From an uncultured Spirochaetales bacterium (GTDB lineage: Bacteria; Myxococcota_A; UBA9160; SMWR01): a stretch of 64,000 bases of DNA. The position numbers and the translations under genes are program-made. The stretch is taken from assembly GCA_964653555.1 (NCBI GenBank), contig CAZZFT010000009.1, forward strand, positions 1,040 through 65,039. The letters run 5' to 3'. Below are positions 44,905 through 54,719 of this stretch, in pieces. The notes below the pieces were generated by a model, which saw only the letters and a list, made by a program, of their open reading frames with translations, was not told the DNA's origin and did no database searches. Numbering within the stretch: position 1 is the first letter of the stretch; every line of letters starts with the position of its first letter.

Positions 44905-45612
44905 ATGCGCGTTCAGATCACCGCCCTTCTCATGCTCCTCTCGATGGCGTGCGCATCGCCGCCCCCGCCTCCGGAGAGCCCGGACCTCTCGGTGATCGGA
45001 GCTCGCGTTCGGATCACGCGGGCCGTGCTGGGTCCGCAGCGTACCGACTATGCCTACTTCGTGCGCCTCGAGGAAGCCGGCGAGCTCCCTTTCGCGGGAG
45101 AACTCATCCGGTCGAACTTCGCGAAGGACGGATACGCGTTCCTGTTCAATGCACCTCCCGGCCGTTATGCGGTGATCTCCGCCGGCTACTTCGTCGAGAC
45201 CGAGGGAAGTGCCATGACATCGGTCGGAGGCGGAATCAGCGTCGGCCCGGGGCTGTCCCTCCACAGCACGATCAACATCTACCTGCCCGAGACTTCGATC
45301 GAGAAGACGACCGTCTCCGTGGAAAGTGGTGAATGGGCCTTCCTGGGCGACGTCGTCCTCGATCGTGTGGACTGGGAGCAGGCCGACGAGGCGCAACGGC
45401 GCTACTCCGAGCGGCTGGTTCCGGGATACCAGGACATGAACATCCTGGAGAAGGCGTTCAAGGTGGGACGTCACGACCCCGGAACGGAGCGTTCCCTCGA
45501 CCGGAGCGACGCGGGTCTGGCGAGCTTCATGGAGACCTCGCGCGAGATCGCGGGCGAGGAGTGGGCGCACACGCTTCGGAGTCCGGTGGCGGCGGCGCCT
45601 TCCGAGGACTGA
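44905..45612 (+). CDS. Hypothetical lipoprotein
   Basis: GAGGAGG RBS. MRVQITALLMLLSMACASPPPPP (lipobox LSMAC). Confidence 0.6.
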   Translation: MRVQITALLMLLSMACASPPPPPESPDLSVIGARVRITRAVLGPQRTDYAYFVRLEEAGELPFAGELIRSNFAKDGYAFLFNAPPGRYAVISAGYFVETEGSAMTSVGGGISVGPGLSLHSTINIYLPETSIEKTTVSVESGEWAFLGDVVLDRVDWEQADEAQRRYSERLVPGYQDMNILEKAFKVGRHDPGTERSLDRSDAGLASFMETSREIAGEEWAHTLRSPVAAAPSED

Positions 45613-45639
45613 GCCGCTACCTGCGTTTCACCCCGCATG

Positions 45640-46010
45640 GGGCGCCGCGGGCCCGGCGCGCCGATGCCGCTGTACCAGTAGCGGTTCTGAAGGCCGCGGC
45701 TCTCGAGCTCCGAGACCGGAAGCAGATCGAAGAGCTCGTAGCTCTTCGTCACGGTCAGGCTGGGATCCCGCTCGATCGTCAGCGTGCCGAACGGCAGCTC
45801 GTGGATCGGGGGCGCCTGGAGGCCGACCGTGCCCTCCTTCGTGCGCGCGAGGGCCAGCACCAGGGCGCGGTTGTAGAGGTCGGCAGCGACGTACTGGTGC
45901 GCGTCGAAGATGCCGCTCGGCTGGCGGCCGTCCTCCGCGAACAGGAACGAAGCCTTGTCGAATCGATTGCCGGCCCGAAGTTGGGCGTGGCCGCAGATCC
46001 CGTCGAGCGT
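45640..46010 (-). pseudogene. Start-less gene fragment of unknown family
   Basis: Protein-like frame ...GICGHAQLRAGNRFDKASFLFAEDGRQPSGIFDAHQYVAADLYNRALVLALARTKEGTV...LQNRYWYSGIGAP. It begins at the codon after the stop of the upstream OMP gene, and its 3' end overlaps the lipoprotein gene. Confidence 0.3.
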
Positions 46011-46607
46011 TCAGAAGCGGTACTGTAGGCCCGCTGTCCCCGACACGTAGTCGAGGTATTTCACGGAGCCGGTCGGCAACACGTACGAGGCCCCGACGGT
46101 CACGGTGATGTTCTTCGTGATGTAGACGTCGACCCCGGCGCCGAAGCGAGCGGCGAAGCCCGTCGCATCTGCGGAGGTTCCGAGCCCCAGAGAGTCGTTG
46201 AAATCTGCCCCGAGGACGCCCGCGCCGGCGAGCAGAAAGACCTGTCCATTCCTCCAATGCGGCAGGAATAGCTTGGCGTCGGCGGTCAAGCTCCAGACCT
46301 TGATATCGCCGATCTTTACAGGTCCTTCGACTTTGAATTTGGCCAGCCATTCGAAGTCCGCTTCCACGCCGAGGAGCGGATGGAATCGATAGCCCGCTCT
46401 CGCCTGCAATCCCGGGCTCAGATTGGTGTCGGTATTGACACCCGTTTCATCTTTGATCTCATCATCCAGCCTCACCATACCGGCCAGGGCGGCCGCGAAC
46501 CCGATGTACGGACCTGAACGATCGACGTAGCCATAGGGATTCCCGGCTGCGGCAGGCGATGGAACTGCAAGTGTCAACAAAGAAAAGATCAGTGCGAAAC
46601 GAATCAT
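46011..46607 (-). CDS. Outer-membrane beta-barrel protein (OmpA-like barrel / OMP_b-brl)
   Basis: 198 aa. Signal peptide MIRFALIFSLLTLAVPSPAAA, alternating beta-strand pattern, C-terminal ...GLQYRF. Confidence 0.7.
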   Translation of the reverse strand: MIRFALIFSLLTLAVPSPAAAGNPYGYVDRSGPYIGFAAALAGMVRLDDEIKDETGVNTDTNLSPGLQARAGYRFHPLLGVEADFEWLAKFKVEGPVKIGDIKVWSLTADAKLFLPHWRNGQVFLLAGAGVLGADFNDSLGLGTSADATGFAARFGAGVDVYITKNITVTVGASYVLPTGSVKYLDYVSGTAGLQYRF

Positions 46608-46630
46608 GCGTTCCCCCAAGAAGTGGCTAG

Positions 46631-47602
46631 TCACCCTGTCCCTGCGCGCCTTCGCTGTACTCCGATGCCGATCAGCCCCGCCGCGACGAGGAGGCCCGTA
46701 CCGGGCTCGGGGACGCTGGCGACGCGAAAACCCACCCAGTTGAACTCGTTCGATGGGTCGCCGGCGAACCGGCTCGTCACTCCGAGGCTGATCGGGCTGC
46801 CGTAGGTCTGGAACCCCCCGCCCCGCAGGCCACGGTCCGAGCCGATGATGATGGCCTCGGTCCACTCCCAGATATTCCCGCCCTGGTCGAAGGTGCCGTA
46901 GGGGCTCGCCGAGCCCGTGTAGCTGCCCACGTCGGTCAGGTCACCGACCGCGTTGAGGCAGTTGGCGGTGTTCGCCGTCGCCCCCGGCGCGGCGCACACG
47001 GTCTGCGTGTCCGTCCCGGCGGGATAGTCGAAGTAGCTCGTGGTCAGCGCGTCGTAGTACGCTGCCTTGTACCACTCGTCCTCGCTCGTGAGGAAGATGT
47101 TGGCGCCGGCGTTGCGCGTCACTGTCAGGCCGTTGCTCGGGGCCGCGGTCCCGCCGAGCAGCGTGTAGGCCCCCGTCTCCGTGTCCCCGCTCCCCTGGCC
47201 GTTGTGCAGCCAGTTCGCGAAGCGCAGGCTGTCGAAGAACGACACGTAGTTCACCGGCTTGTTCTCGCGGCCGCCGATGGCGCTGTACGTGAAGCTCCCC
47301 GAAGTGCCGCTGCGCGTGATGCCGCCGAAGCCCGAGCCCATGCCCGTGTTGTAGAGGCCCAGCGGGTCCGCGGCGGCCTTCGCGTTCAGGAACTCGGCAT
47401 ACTGGGCGTTCGTAACCTCATACTTCGAGATCTGATACACGTGGCCAACGGCACCGAAGCAGCCCAGCGCCCCTTGTACATCACAGGCGTTGCCCGGGTT
47501 GCCCACGGTGACCCAGTCGATCGCGACGGCCGAGGCCGCGTTGGGATCGATCAACAGCAAGAGAGCCAACAGCACGGAGTAGCGCGAAAGCAGGGCGGTC
47601 AT
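46631..47602 (-). CDS. FGE-sulfatase (SUMF1) domain protein with PEP-CTERM anchor
   Basis: ATG 47602. YEVTNAQYAEFLN, GGNIWEWTE, RGGGF. C-terminus VPEPGTGLLVAAGLIGIGVQRRR. Confidence 0.75.
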   Translation of the reverse strand: MTALLSRYSVLLALLLLIDPNAASAVAIDWVTVGNPGNACDVQGALGCFGAVGHVYQISKYEVTNAQYAEFLNAKAAADPLGLYNTGMGSGFGGITRSGTSGSFTYSAIGGRENKPVNYVSFFDSLRFANWLHNGQGSGDTETGAYTLLGGTAAPSNGLTVTRNAGANIFLTSEDEWYKAAYYDALTTSYFDYPAGTDTQTVCAAPGATANTANCLNAVGDLTDVGSYTGSASPYGTFDQGGNIWEWTEAIIIGSDRGLRGGGFQTYGSPISLGVTSRFAGDPSNEFNWVGFRVASVPEPGTGLLVAAGLIGIGVQRRRAGTG

Positions 47603-48252
47603 TGCCGTCTCCTCCCCGGTATCGTGCGTCCAGCCTACACCCGCTTGAGATACTGCTGGGAGGCACCAATCCAGTTCCAGAGCCCGCGGGGGGGCTAAGG
47701 TGACGATCCTCGACGCCATGGCCGACGTGGCTCTGTTTGGCCGCTGGTTCCAGGCCCCGACGAATAACCACGCCTTGAGCGCCAGAGTCCAGAGCGCATC
47801 ATTTGATCCCTCCGATCCTTTCTTTGTCGGTGCTGCATATCGCGTGCCATGCGAGTGGAGACTTTCCAACACAGCTCAATGGCTTTGGCGCGACATAGCG
47901 CCCCAACGGCCAAATTCGTGCGGCCAAACGCCCGCCGTGATTCTCGTCGAGGGTGAGCGGATCGCGGCGATGAACCCCGCCATCGTCCCGAAGAGGGCAG
48001 CAGGGTGACGCCGCCCAGGTCGATCTCGCGGCCCGGGTCCCCGGTCTGGCCGGGTGGGCTGCGGTCGGCCTGGCCCTGGCGGCGGGACGGGCGCGGGGGG
48101 CGGTCCGGCCCCGTTGAGGCGCCCGGCGGCATCCGGTTCGCCGGCTCAGCCGACGGAGTCGTCGGAGGCGCTCGGGAATCGGGCTCGATCCCGCTTGACC
48201 TCGAGGTCCTCCCGTGTTCCTCTTGGAAGTGTCACCTCACGAGAGGATCCGG

Positions 48253-48645
48253 ATGCGCCGCGCGACCCTCCTGGCATGGCTGACCCCACTCCTGACCGGG
48301 CCGCTGGCCCTGCTCGTGCTCGTACACCCGGTCGCCGCCGACGTCCAGGCCGCCACCGGACGCCTGGTCGGCCTGCTCGTCGTCGAGCCGACCTCGAACG
48401 AGTACGGCCTCTACCGCGGCTCGATCACCGTGGGCGACTCGATCGGCGGCTTCGCCACCTACCACTGGGGCGGATCGTACTGTCCCGGCAAGGATCTGTC
48501 GGAAGCCAGCGTGGCCGCTCTCCATCGGGCCCTCGATAACCCGCGCGTCGTGGTCCAGCCCTTCACCCTGAACGGGCAGGGCGGGGCGCTGTGCGTCGTG
48601 GCCGTCCGCTACATCCTGCGCAGCGAGCAGGGTCTGTTCCCGTAG
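48253..48645 (+). CDS. Small secreted hypothetical protein
   Basis: 130 aa, signal peptide MRRATLLAWLTPLLTGPLALLVLVHPVAAD. Confidence 0.5.
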   Translation: MRRATLLAWLTPLLTGPLALLVLVHPVAADVQAATGRLVGLLVVEPTSNEYGLYRGSITVGDSIGGFATYHWGGSYCPGKDLSEASVAALHRALDNPRVVVQPFTLNGQGGALCVVAVRYILRSEQGLFP

Positions 48646-48658
48646 GCGGGACGTGGGC

Positions 48659-49465
48659 ATGCGCCGCGCCCGCCGCGTGCTTCCGCTGCTCGCGACCGCG
48701 CTCGTCGCGCCCGCCGAGGCTTTACAGCTCTCCGTGGGCGACTGGGTGATCGCCGATCCCGATGCGAACGCGGTCTATCGCGTCGATCCCAACGTCGGCA
48801 GGCCCGAGCCGATCTCGCAGGACGGTCTCTTCCGCCAGCCGACGGGCGTGGCCATCGAGGCATCGGGCGACATCCTCGTCGCCGATCCGGAGGCCAACGC
48901 GATCTTCCGGGTCGACCCCGCCACCGGGGACCAGAGCGTGGTTTCCTCCTCCGGCAGCTTCCGCTGGCCGACCGGTGTCGCCGTCGACGCGGGCGGCGAT
49001 CTGCTGGTGAGCGATCCGGACGCCGACGTGGTCTTTCGTGTCGATCCCGCGACGGGCGACCAGACGCTCGACACCGTCGCAGCCGACGCGGGCGCCGTCT
49101 TCGCGGCCGGCGTGACGGTGGAGTCGTCAGGCGACTACGTCCTCGCCGACCCGGACGCGGCCGGCCTGCGGCGTTGGGATCCCGACGCGACCACGGGATC
49201 GACGGTCTCCGCCGGCGGGCTCTTCCTCTGGCCCACCGATGCGACGGTCGACGACGGCGACGATCTGCTCGTCGCGGATCCGGATGCGAACGGATTCGTG
49301 CGCGTGGATCCGGCGACCGGAGACCAGACGAGCGAAGGCCCCGGGGATGCGTTCCTCTACCCGACCGGAATCGCCTTCGTGCCCGAGCCGGGCGCCACCT
49401 GGCCGCTGGCGGGAGGCCTGGCGATGCTCGCCCTCGCGGGGTGGGCCAGGCGTTCCCGGACCTGA
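48659..49465 (+). CDS. NHL-type beta-propeller repeat protein with PEP-CTERM anchor
   Basis: Repeated ...PTGVA.D..GD.LV.DPDAN.VFRVDPATGDQ... units. C-terminus VPEPGATWPLAGGLAMLALAGWARRSR. GTG 48653 is the alternative start. Confidence 0.6.
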   Translation: MRRARRVLPLLATALVAPAEALQLSVGDWVIADPDANAVYRVDPNVGRPEPISQDGLFRQPTGVAIEASGDILVADPEANAIFRVDPATGDQSVVSSSGSFRWPTGVAVDAGGDLLVSDPDADVVFRVDPATGDQTLDTVAADAGAVFAAGVTVESSGDYVLADPDAAGLRRWDPDATTGSTVSAGGLFLWPTDATVDDGDDLLVADPDANGFVRVDPATGDQTSEGPGDAFLYPTGIAFVPEPGATWPLAGGLAMLALAGWARRSRT

Positions 49466-49557
49466 AGGCGTCTTCGCTCCAGAACGAGCCCGCTGGGCTT
49501 GCGGACGCCGCCGGCTCGCCAGGGTCCGGTCCAGCGTGTCATGATGCGCGCAACACG

Positions 49558-49870
49558 CGTGCGGTCGCCTCCCGCGGCGACTGGATGGGGGTTTGTCCTG
49601 GCGTCCGGAGATCGCGAGCTCGAGATCGTCGTCTGGGGAGCCACCGGCTTCACGGGGCGGCTCGTCGCCGAGTACCTGCTCGAGCGCTACGGCACCGAGT
49701 CCTTCCGCTGGGCTCTCGGCGGCCGGCAGCTGCGCAAGCTCGAGAGCGTGCGCGACGCGCTCGGCCCGGCCGCCGCGGTGCTCCCGCTCGTGACGGGCGA
49801 CGCCGCCGACCCCGGATCCATGGCCGCGCTGGCCTGCCGCACGCGCGTCGTGTGCACCACGGTGGGTCCG
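49558..49870 (+). pseudogene. Saccharopine-dehydrogenase-like / trans-acting enoyl reductase N-terminal fragment, cut off by repeat copy 4
   Basis: ELEIVVWGATGFTGRLVAEYLLERYG...LPLVTGDAADPGSMAALACRTRVVCTTVGP, then the repeat. Such proteins are ~400 aa. The start codon is uncertain. Confidence 0.6.
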
Positions 49871-49927
49871 AGGATAGGCAGTATCAGCTCGCGCCAGGGC
49901 CGAGAAGCAGAGTTATGTCAACCGCGG
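49871..49927 (+). repeat. Copy 4 of the terminal repeat (internal 9-nt gap)
   Basis: aggataggcagtatcagctcgcgccagggccgagaagcagagttatgtcaaccgcgg. Confidence 0.8.
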
Positions 49928-50211
49928 AGTTCGACTGGAGCTTCATCGCGGACCGCGACGTGACCGCTGGCGACGGCAAGTTGGGCTCGGGCAACCGGCG
50001 CAACGACGCCACCACCGCCCAGACCGATCCGCCGCTCGGCCAGCCCCTCAAGGTGAGGTTTCCGCTCGAGGCGAAGCCCGAGATCAACATCGTCGGCGAC
50101 TCGGTCTGGCTCCACGCGGACCTCTACGGGTGCGGAACCAAGCAGGACTCGATCAAGCGCGACATCCAGCGCCTCTACTCCGCCGAGGGCGAGGCGCCCT
50201 GGTCGATCTGA
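49915..50211 (+). CDS. Hypothetical 98-aa ORF initiating at the ATG inside repeat copy 4 (possibly a captured C-terminal gene fragment)
   Basis: MSTAEFDWSFIADRDVTAGDG...INIVGDSVWLHADLYGCGTKQDSIKRDIQRLYSAEGEAPWSI*. No family recognised. Confidence 0.3.
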   Translation: MSTAEFDWSFIADRDVTAGDGKLGSGNRRNDATTAQTDPPLGQPLKVRFPLEAKPEINIVGDSVWLHADLYGCGTKQDSIKRDIQRLYSAEGEAPWSI

Positions 50212-50386
50212 GCGGATCCGGCGAATCTGCCCGTCCGCCCCCGGGGATGCTTCGGCGTCCGCTGGGCCCCGGCGCCGCCCTGATCCCCCGACCGCCCCGC
50301 TCTCGCAGCTCGGGACCCATGTTCCCGGGCCCGCGGTCTAGACTGGTCCCCGGGCCCGCGGAGGGCCTACACCCGGGAGGGGTCCC

Positions 50387-52774
50387 ATGCGCTGCATCCG
50401 GAATGGCATCGGCGCGCTGGCCCTTGCCCTTGCGAGTGGTTCGGGGGCGGTCACCTTCAGCGTGAACTCCGACGACGACGCTGCGGACAACAACGTCGGC
50501 AACGGCTCGTGCTGGACCGGCTCCGTCGTCTCTGGACCGGGCGGGCTGCTGATTCCGGAGTGCACCCTCCGCGCGGCGATCATGGAGACCGACGCGCTCG
50601 GCAGCAGTGACACCATCGTGTTCGGGTCCTCCATCCCGACGGATGGTCTCGGCTTCGTGCGCATCTCACCCGGCTCGCCCCTCCCCGCGATCACCTCCCC
50701 GCTCGTGATCGACGGCACCACGGCTCCGGGCTACGACACCGGCGATCCCGCGCAGGTGCCGATCATCCAGATCGACGGCAGCGGCGCGGGATTCACACCG
50801 GGTCTCACCCTGAGCGTCGCCGACGGCAGCGAGATCCACGCCCTCGCGCTCCACGACTTCTCGAGCCACGGCCTCCACATCCTGACCAGCGACCACGTCG
50901 TCGAGGGCTGCCACATCGGCATCACGAGCGGCACGACAGTGGCTGGGAACGGCGGCGACGGCATCCAGATCGCCGTCACGTCGCAGCGCGTACGGATCGG
51001 TCCCTTCTGCACCCCGACCCTGGGCTGTGTCGGACGCGGAAACGTCGTCTCCGGAAACGCCGGAGACGGCATCGACGTCCGCGGCCTGTTGACGATCATC
51101 AACGGCAACCGCATCGGCACCCGCGCCGACGGACTCGGCATCGTCGCCCTCCTGGCCCCGACCGGAAACGGAGGCTGGGGCGTCCGGACGCTGCCGGATG
51201 CTCTGGGGCTGAGCTCGACCCAGGTCGGGTCGTTCGTCGAGACCATCGACGGCCCCGAGACGTCCGGGAACCTGATCTCGGGGAACGGAGCGGGGGGCGT
51301 CCTCTTCGAGGGCAGCGGCAACCGGGTACAGGCAAGCCTCATCGGAACGCTGATCTCGGGCTCGGGAGACGCCGGAAACACGGGCCCGGGGGTCGAGGTC
51401 CGTGGCCACAACAGCTTCGTGGGACCGTCGCCGAACTTTGCCTTCGCCGGCAACGTCATCTCCGGGAACGACGGCCCGGGCGTCCTCGTGAGCCCGTCCA
51501 CCTATACGCCGACGTTCAACATCTCGATCCAGACCAGCATGATCGGCACCGACAGTACCGGCAGCGTGGCGATCGCCAACGACGGAGGCGGCATCGAGCT
51601 GACGACCGGAAGCGAAGTCGTCATCTTCGAGAACACGATCTCGGGAAACCTGCTCTACGGCATCGCGGGTTCGAGCGAGACCGTCTACATCTTCGGCAAC
51701 CGCATTGGCACGAACGCCTCGGGTCAATGCCTCGGCAACGAGGGCAACGGCATCCTCGCCCAGGGTCCCGGCTGGCTGATCGGCTCCCCTCCGGCCGGTC
51801 CCGTCGGGAGCTCCCCGAACGTGGTGGGATGCAACGGCGACCGGGGCATCTTCATCGATTTCGGCGCTCCCGATGCCCTCGTGCAGGCGAACTACGTGGG
51901 TACGGACGCCCTCGGCGCCGCCCTCGGCAACCTTTCCCACGGCATCGAGATCGGCTCCAGCGACGCGCAGATCGGCGGCTCGATGGACGCGGGTGAAGGC
52001 AACGTCATCGGGTTCAATGAGCACGGCATCTTCACCAATTCGTCCTCGTTCGGAAGCCGCATCCGGGGCAACCACATCGGAACCGACGCCGCCGCAGACG
52101 ACCTCGGAAACACGCTGAGCGGCGTCTTCATCGGCAGCAGCGCGCAGCACCGGGTGGGCGACCTGTCGCTCGCCGGCGGCCAGAACGAGATCGCCTTCAA
52201 CGGCATGGGCGGTGTGTACGTCTTCGGCGCGACAGCCGTGACGAACCCGATCCGGGGCAACTCGATCCACGACAACACGGGCCTGGGCATCGAACTCGAC
52301 CCGCTCGGCGCAAATCCCAACGACCCCACCGACGCCGACAGCGGACCGAACCGGCTCCAGAACTACCCGGTGCTCGACCCGGCGAACGCGACCTACGACA
52401 CGGTGCTCGACCAGGTCTCGATCGACTTCGACATCGACTCGCAGCCCCCCTTCTCCACCTTCCCGCTGGCCATCGACTTCTACGTGGCCGATGCCTCGGG
52501 GGAGGGTGAGGCCTGGATCGGAAGCGTGAGCGTCGGCGCTCCCGGCCCCGCCACGGCGATCTTCGCGCCGACCCCGGGCGTGGATCTCCTGGGCGTGAAC
52601 GTGGTGGCGACGGCGACCACCGGCGACTTCGGTGGCGAGGGCAGCACGAGCGAGTTCAGCGCGTCGGTGCCCCTGCCCGAGCCTTCCGTGGCGTCGGGTC
52701 TGGCCGCGGGCGCGCTCCTGCTGCGCGCGTTCGCCGTCGCCCGCCGCCGGCGGATCCCGGGAGACAGTCGATGA
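50387..52774 (+). CDS. CSLREA-motif, right-handed beta-helix repeat protein with PEP-CTERM anchor
   Basis: 795 aa. Signal peptide, CTLRAAIMETDA (CSLREA-like), many G-N/G-D beta-helix repeats. C-terminus VPLPEPSVASGLAAGALLLRAFAVARRRR. Confidence 0.75.
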   Translation: MRCIRNGIGALALALASGSGAVTFSVNSDDDAADNNVGNGSCWTGSVVSGPGGLLIPECTLRAAIMETDALGSSDTIVFGSSIPTDGLGFVRISPGSPLPAITSPLVIDGTTAPGYDTGDPAQVPIIQIDGSGAGFTPGLTLSVADGSEIHALALHDFSSHGLHILTSDHVVEGCHIGITSGTTVAGNGGDGIQIAVTSQRVRIGPFCTPTLGCVGRGNVVSGNAGDGIDVRGLLTIINGNRIGTRADGLGIVALLAPTGNGGWGVRTLPDALGLSSTQVGSFVETIDGPETSGNLISGNGAGGVLFEGSGNRVQASLIGTLISGSGDAGNTGPGVEVRGHNSFVGPSPNFAFAGNVISGNDGPGVLVSPSTYTPTFNISIQTSMIGTDSTGSVAIANDGGGIELTTGSEVVIFENTISGNLLYGIAGSSETVYIFGNRIGTNASGQCLGNEGNGILAQGPGWLIGSPPAGPVGSSPNVVGCNGDRGIFIDFGAPDALVQANYVGTDALGAALGNLSHGIEIGSSDAQIGGSMDAGEGNVIGFNEHGIFTNSSSFGSRIRGNHIGTDAAADDLGNTLSGVFIGSSAQHRVGDLSLAGGQNEIAFNGMGGVYVFGATAVTNPIRGNSIHDNTGLGIELDPLGANPNDPTDADSGPNRLQNYPVLDPANATYDTVLDQVSIDFDIDSQPPFSTFPLAIDFYVADASGEGEAWIGSVSVGAPGPATAIFAPTPGVDLLGVNVVATATTGDFGGEGSTSEFSASVPLPEPSVASGLAAGALLLRAFAVARRRRIPGDSR

Positions 52775-52917
52775 CCGCTTCTTCCCTGTAGAGCGCCGCG
52801 ATCGGGGGTCCCACGGACCCTTACGTGACGCCCCTACCGGCACGTCGAGCCAGAACGCAGCTCGAATCTCCACGCCGCGGCGCACGGACTTCAGCCCGCG
52901 ACCGTCGCGGACCAGCT

Positions 52918-54219
52918 CTAGATGTCGATTACCAGATCTTTCCGGGGGCGAGAGCAGCAAGTCAACAGGTTTCCGGCCGCCGGAGGCTCGAGCGGTTCGG
53001 GATCATACTTCACCGACCCAGAGATCAACCCGCACTCGCACGTATGGCAAACCCCGGTCCGGCAAGACCACCGGACCGGGACGTCACAGGCTTCGGCGAG
53101 TTCCAGCAGGCTGTGGAACTTCGAGTCCCAGGAAACCGTAAGCCCGGCGCGAGCAAATGAAATTCTTGGACCTTCGCCGGGCGACCCGGCAGGGGCGTGC
53201 GGTAGGCGGCGCGGCGCCTTCTTCACACCCGGCGTAAGGGAGTTGCCTGAACCGAAAATCTCCGTGTGGATGCGATCACGGACCACGCCCCAACCAGCGA
53301 GCCCGGCCGTGAAGTCCTCAAGGAAGGCGGGAGGGCCGCACAGATAAAACTCGCATTCGCGGGGTACGCCCAGTTTTTGGAGGACCGTGACAGTCAGCCG
53401 GCCGGCAGCATCGTAGTCAACGCCCAGCCGGTCAGTCGCGTCGGGCCGGCTGTACTGGACATGGCTTCGGGCGTGGGGCAGCTTAGCCAGCAAATCGCGT
53501 GCCTCTCGGGCAAAGGGATGATCCAGGCGGTTGCGGGCTCCATAGATCCACCAGACCGGGCGCGGCGATGCGTGTGCTGCTAGCGCGTGGAGCATCGCCA
53601 TCACCGGAGTCGCGCCCACGCCGGCGCTCAACAGCACCACAGGAGACTCGCCGGGTCGCAGGATGAAGGCGCCGCGGGGTGCGCTGACATCCAGGACATC
53701 GCCTGCACGAAGCCGCGTGCTCAGGTAAGTGCTGGCGATTCCGTGCGGTTCCTCCTTAATGGTTATGCGATAACGACCGGCATCCGGCAGATCGGACAGC
53801 GAGTAGCTGCGCAAGACCGGAGGCGGGTCGCCTTGGGGACGGAGTCGCAACACCACGAACTGCCCGGGCAGAGGGACGGTCAAAGGACGATCGTCCACCG
53901 GCTCCAGCACCAGTGAGACAACACTGCTGCTCTCGCGATCCATGCTGGCCACTCGCAGAGGCCGGAATCCGGGGACAGCCGTGAGCATCTGCTCAGGTAG
54001 CGCTAGTCCGGCATTCCCTGTGCGCGACCCCGGCTGCGTCATCTGCCGGAGAAGAGCCTCAAAGGAAGACTTCCAGCCCGGGCTCAGGGACGGAATGCGC
54101 AAAGCCCGCTCAAGCTCTTCTTTGGCGGGTCCGGGAAGGTAGAGCAGCCCGTCGACCGCGGCGACCGTGAGGCGTTCAGGGCCCTCGGCGACTTTGACGA
54201 TTTCATCGCTGGCGCCCAC
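52918..54219 (-). CDS. FNR-like FAD/NAD-binding + C-terminal 2Fe-2S ferredoxin module (3' part of a frameshifted MOSC fusion gene)
   Basis: RSYSLS, LLSAGVGATPV, C-terminal CRTGVCHTCECGL. The N-terminus (G)ASDEIVKVAEGPERLTV is the normal continuation of the MOSC domain ORF. Confidence 0.75.
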   Translation of the reverse strand: MGASDEIVKVAEGPERLTVAAVDGLLYLPGPAKEELERALRIPSLSPGWKSSFEALLRQMTQPGSRTGNAGLALPEQMLTAVPGFRPLRVASMDRESSSVVSLVLEPVDDRPLTVPLPGQFVVLRLRPQGDPPPVLRSYSLSDLPDAGRYRITIKEEPHGIASTYLSTRLRAGDVLDVSAPRGAFILRPGESPVVLLSAGVGATPVMAMLHALAAHASPRPVWWIYGARNRLDHPFAREARDLLAKLPHARSHVQYSRPDATDRLGVDYDAAGRLTVTVLQKLGVPRECEFYLCGPPAFLEDFTAGLAGWGVVRDRIHTEIFGSGNSLTPGVKKAPRRLPHAPAGSPGEGPRISFARAGLTVSWDSKFHSLLELAEACDVPVRWSCRTGVCHTCECGLISGSVKYDPEPLEPPAAGNLLTCCSRPRKDLVIDI

Positions 54220-54682
54220 CTCGCCCTCTTTCTAGGACGCGAAAATAGAACCCCGGGCGGTGATGAGCGACCAGCAAAGCCGCCATCCTGGGCTCATCCA
54301 TTCGTATGCCAACGCGGTAGCAGGTCACACGCGGCTGCGTAACTTCGAACAGGGCGCCGCCGATGCGATAGCGATCGCCGACGCAGACCTCGCTGTCGGC
54401 CAGGCCTTCCACCGTGAAGTTCTCTCCGAATTGCCCGAATTCGAAATCGGCTCGCTTCAGTTCGCGCTGCCAATAGTGATAGGAATCCATCTGGTAGACA
54501 AACACAGCCCGGTGTTCTCCACCGTGACCGGCCAGATCACCCTGTGCGTCACCATCGATGTTAAGCCGCCGAACCAGGCGCCGTCCCTGCACCGGCTCCT
54601 TCCACACGGACGTGAAGACAGTCTTACCGCGCCACGTGATCTCGCGCGGAAGACCCACGTTGACTGACAACAACCGTGCCAT
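54203..54682 (-). CDS. MOSC domain (5' part of the same frameshifted gene)
   Basis: MARLLSVNVGLPREITWRGK...GDLAGHGGEHRAVFVY...FEVTQPRVTCYRVG...PGFYFRVLE, then premature RGRGGRQR*. GAGGAGG RBS. Confidence 0.75.
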   Translation of the reverse strand: MARLLSVNVGLPREITWRGKTVFTSVWKEPVQGRRLVRRLNIDGDAQGDLAGHGGEHRAVFVYQMDSYHYWQRELKRADFEFGQFGENFTVEGLADSEVCVGDRYRIGGALFEVTQPRVTCYRVGIRMDEPRMAALLVAHHRPGFYFRVLERGRGGRQR

Positions 54683-54719
54683 ATGGACCCTTACCTCCTC
54701 ATTTCCCTAGGTCCAGGAT

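Noticed and set aside
52830-52900. Possible sixth, degenerate copy of the repeat's inner part (cgccgcggcgcacggacttcagcc...) at the edge of the low-GC island
   Set aside because: Only short GC-rich runs match, the diagnostic AGGATAGGCAGT terminus is absent, and the match is indistinguishable from chance.
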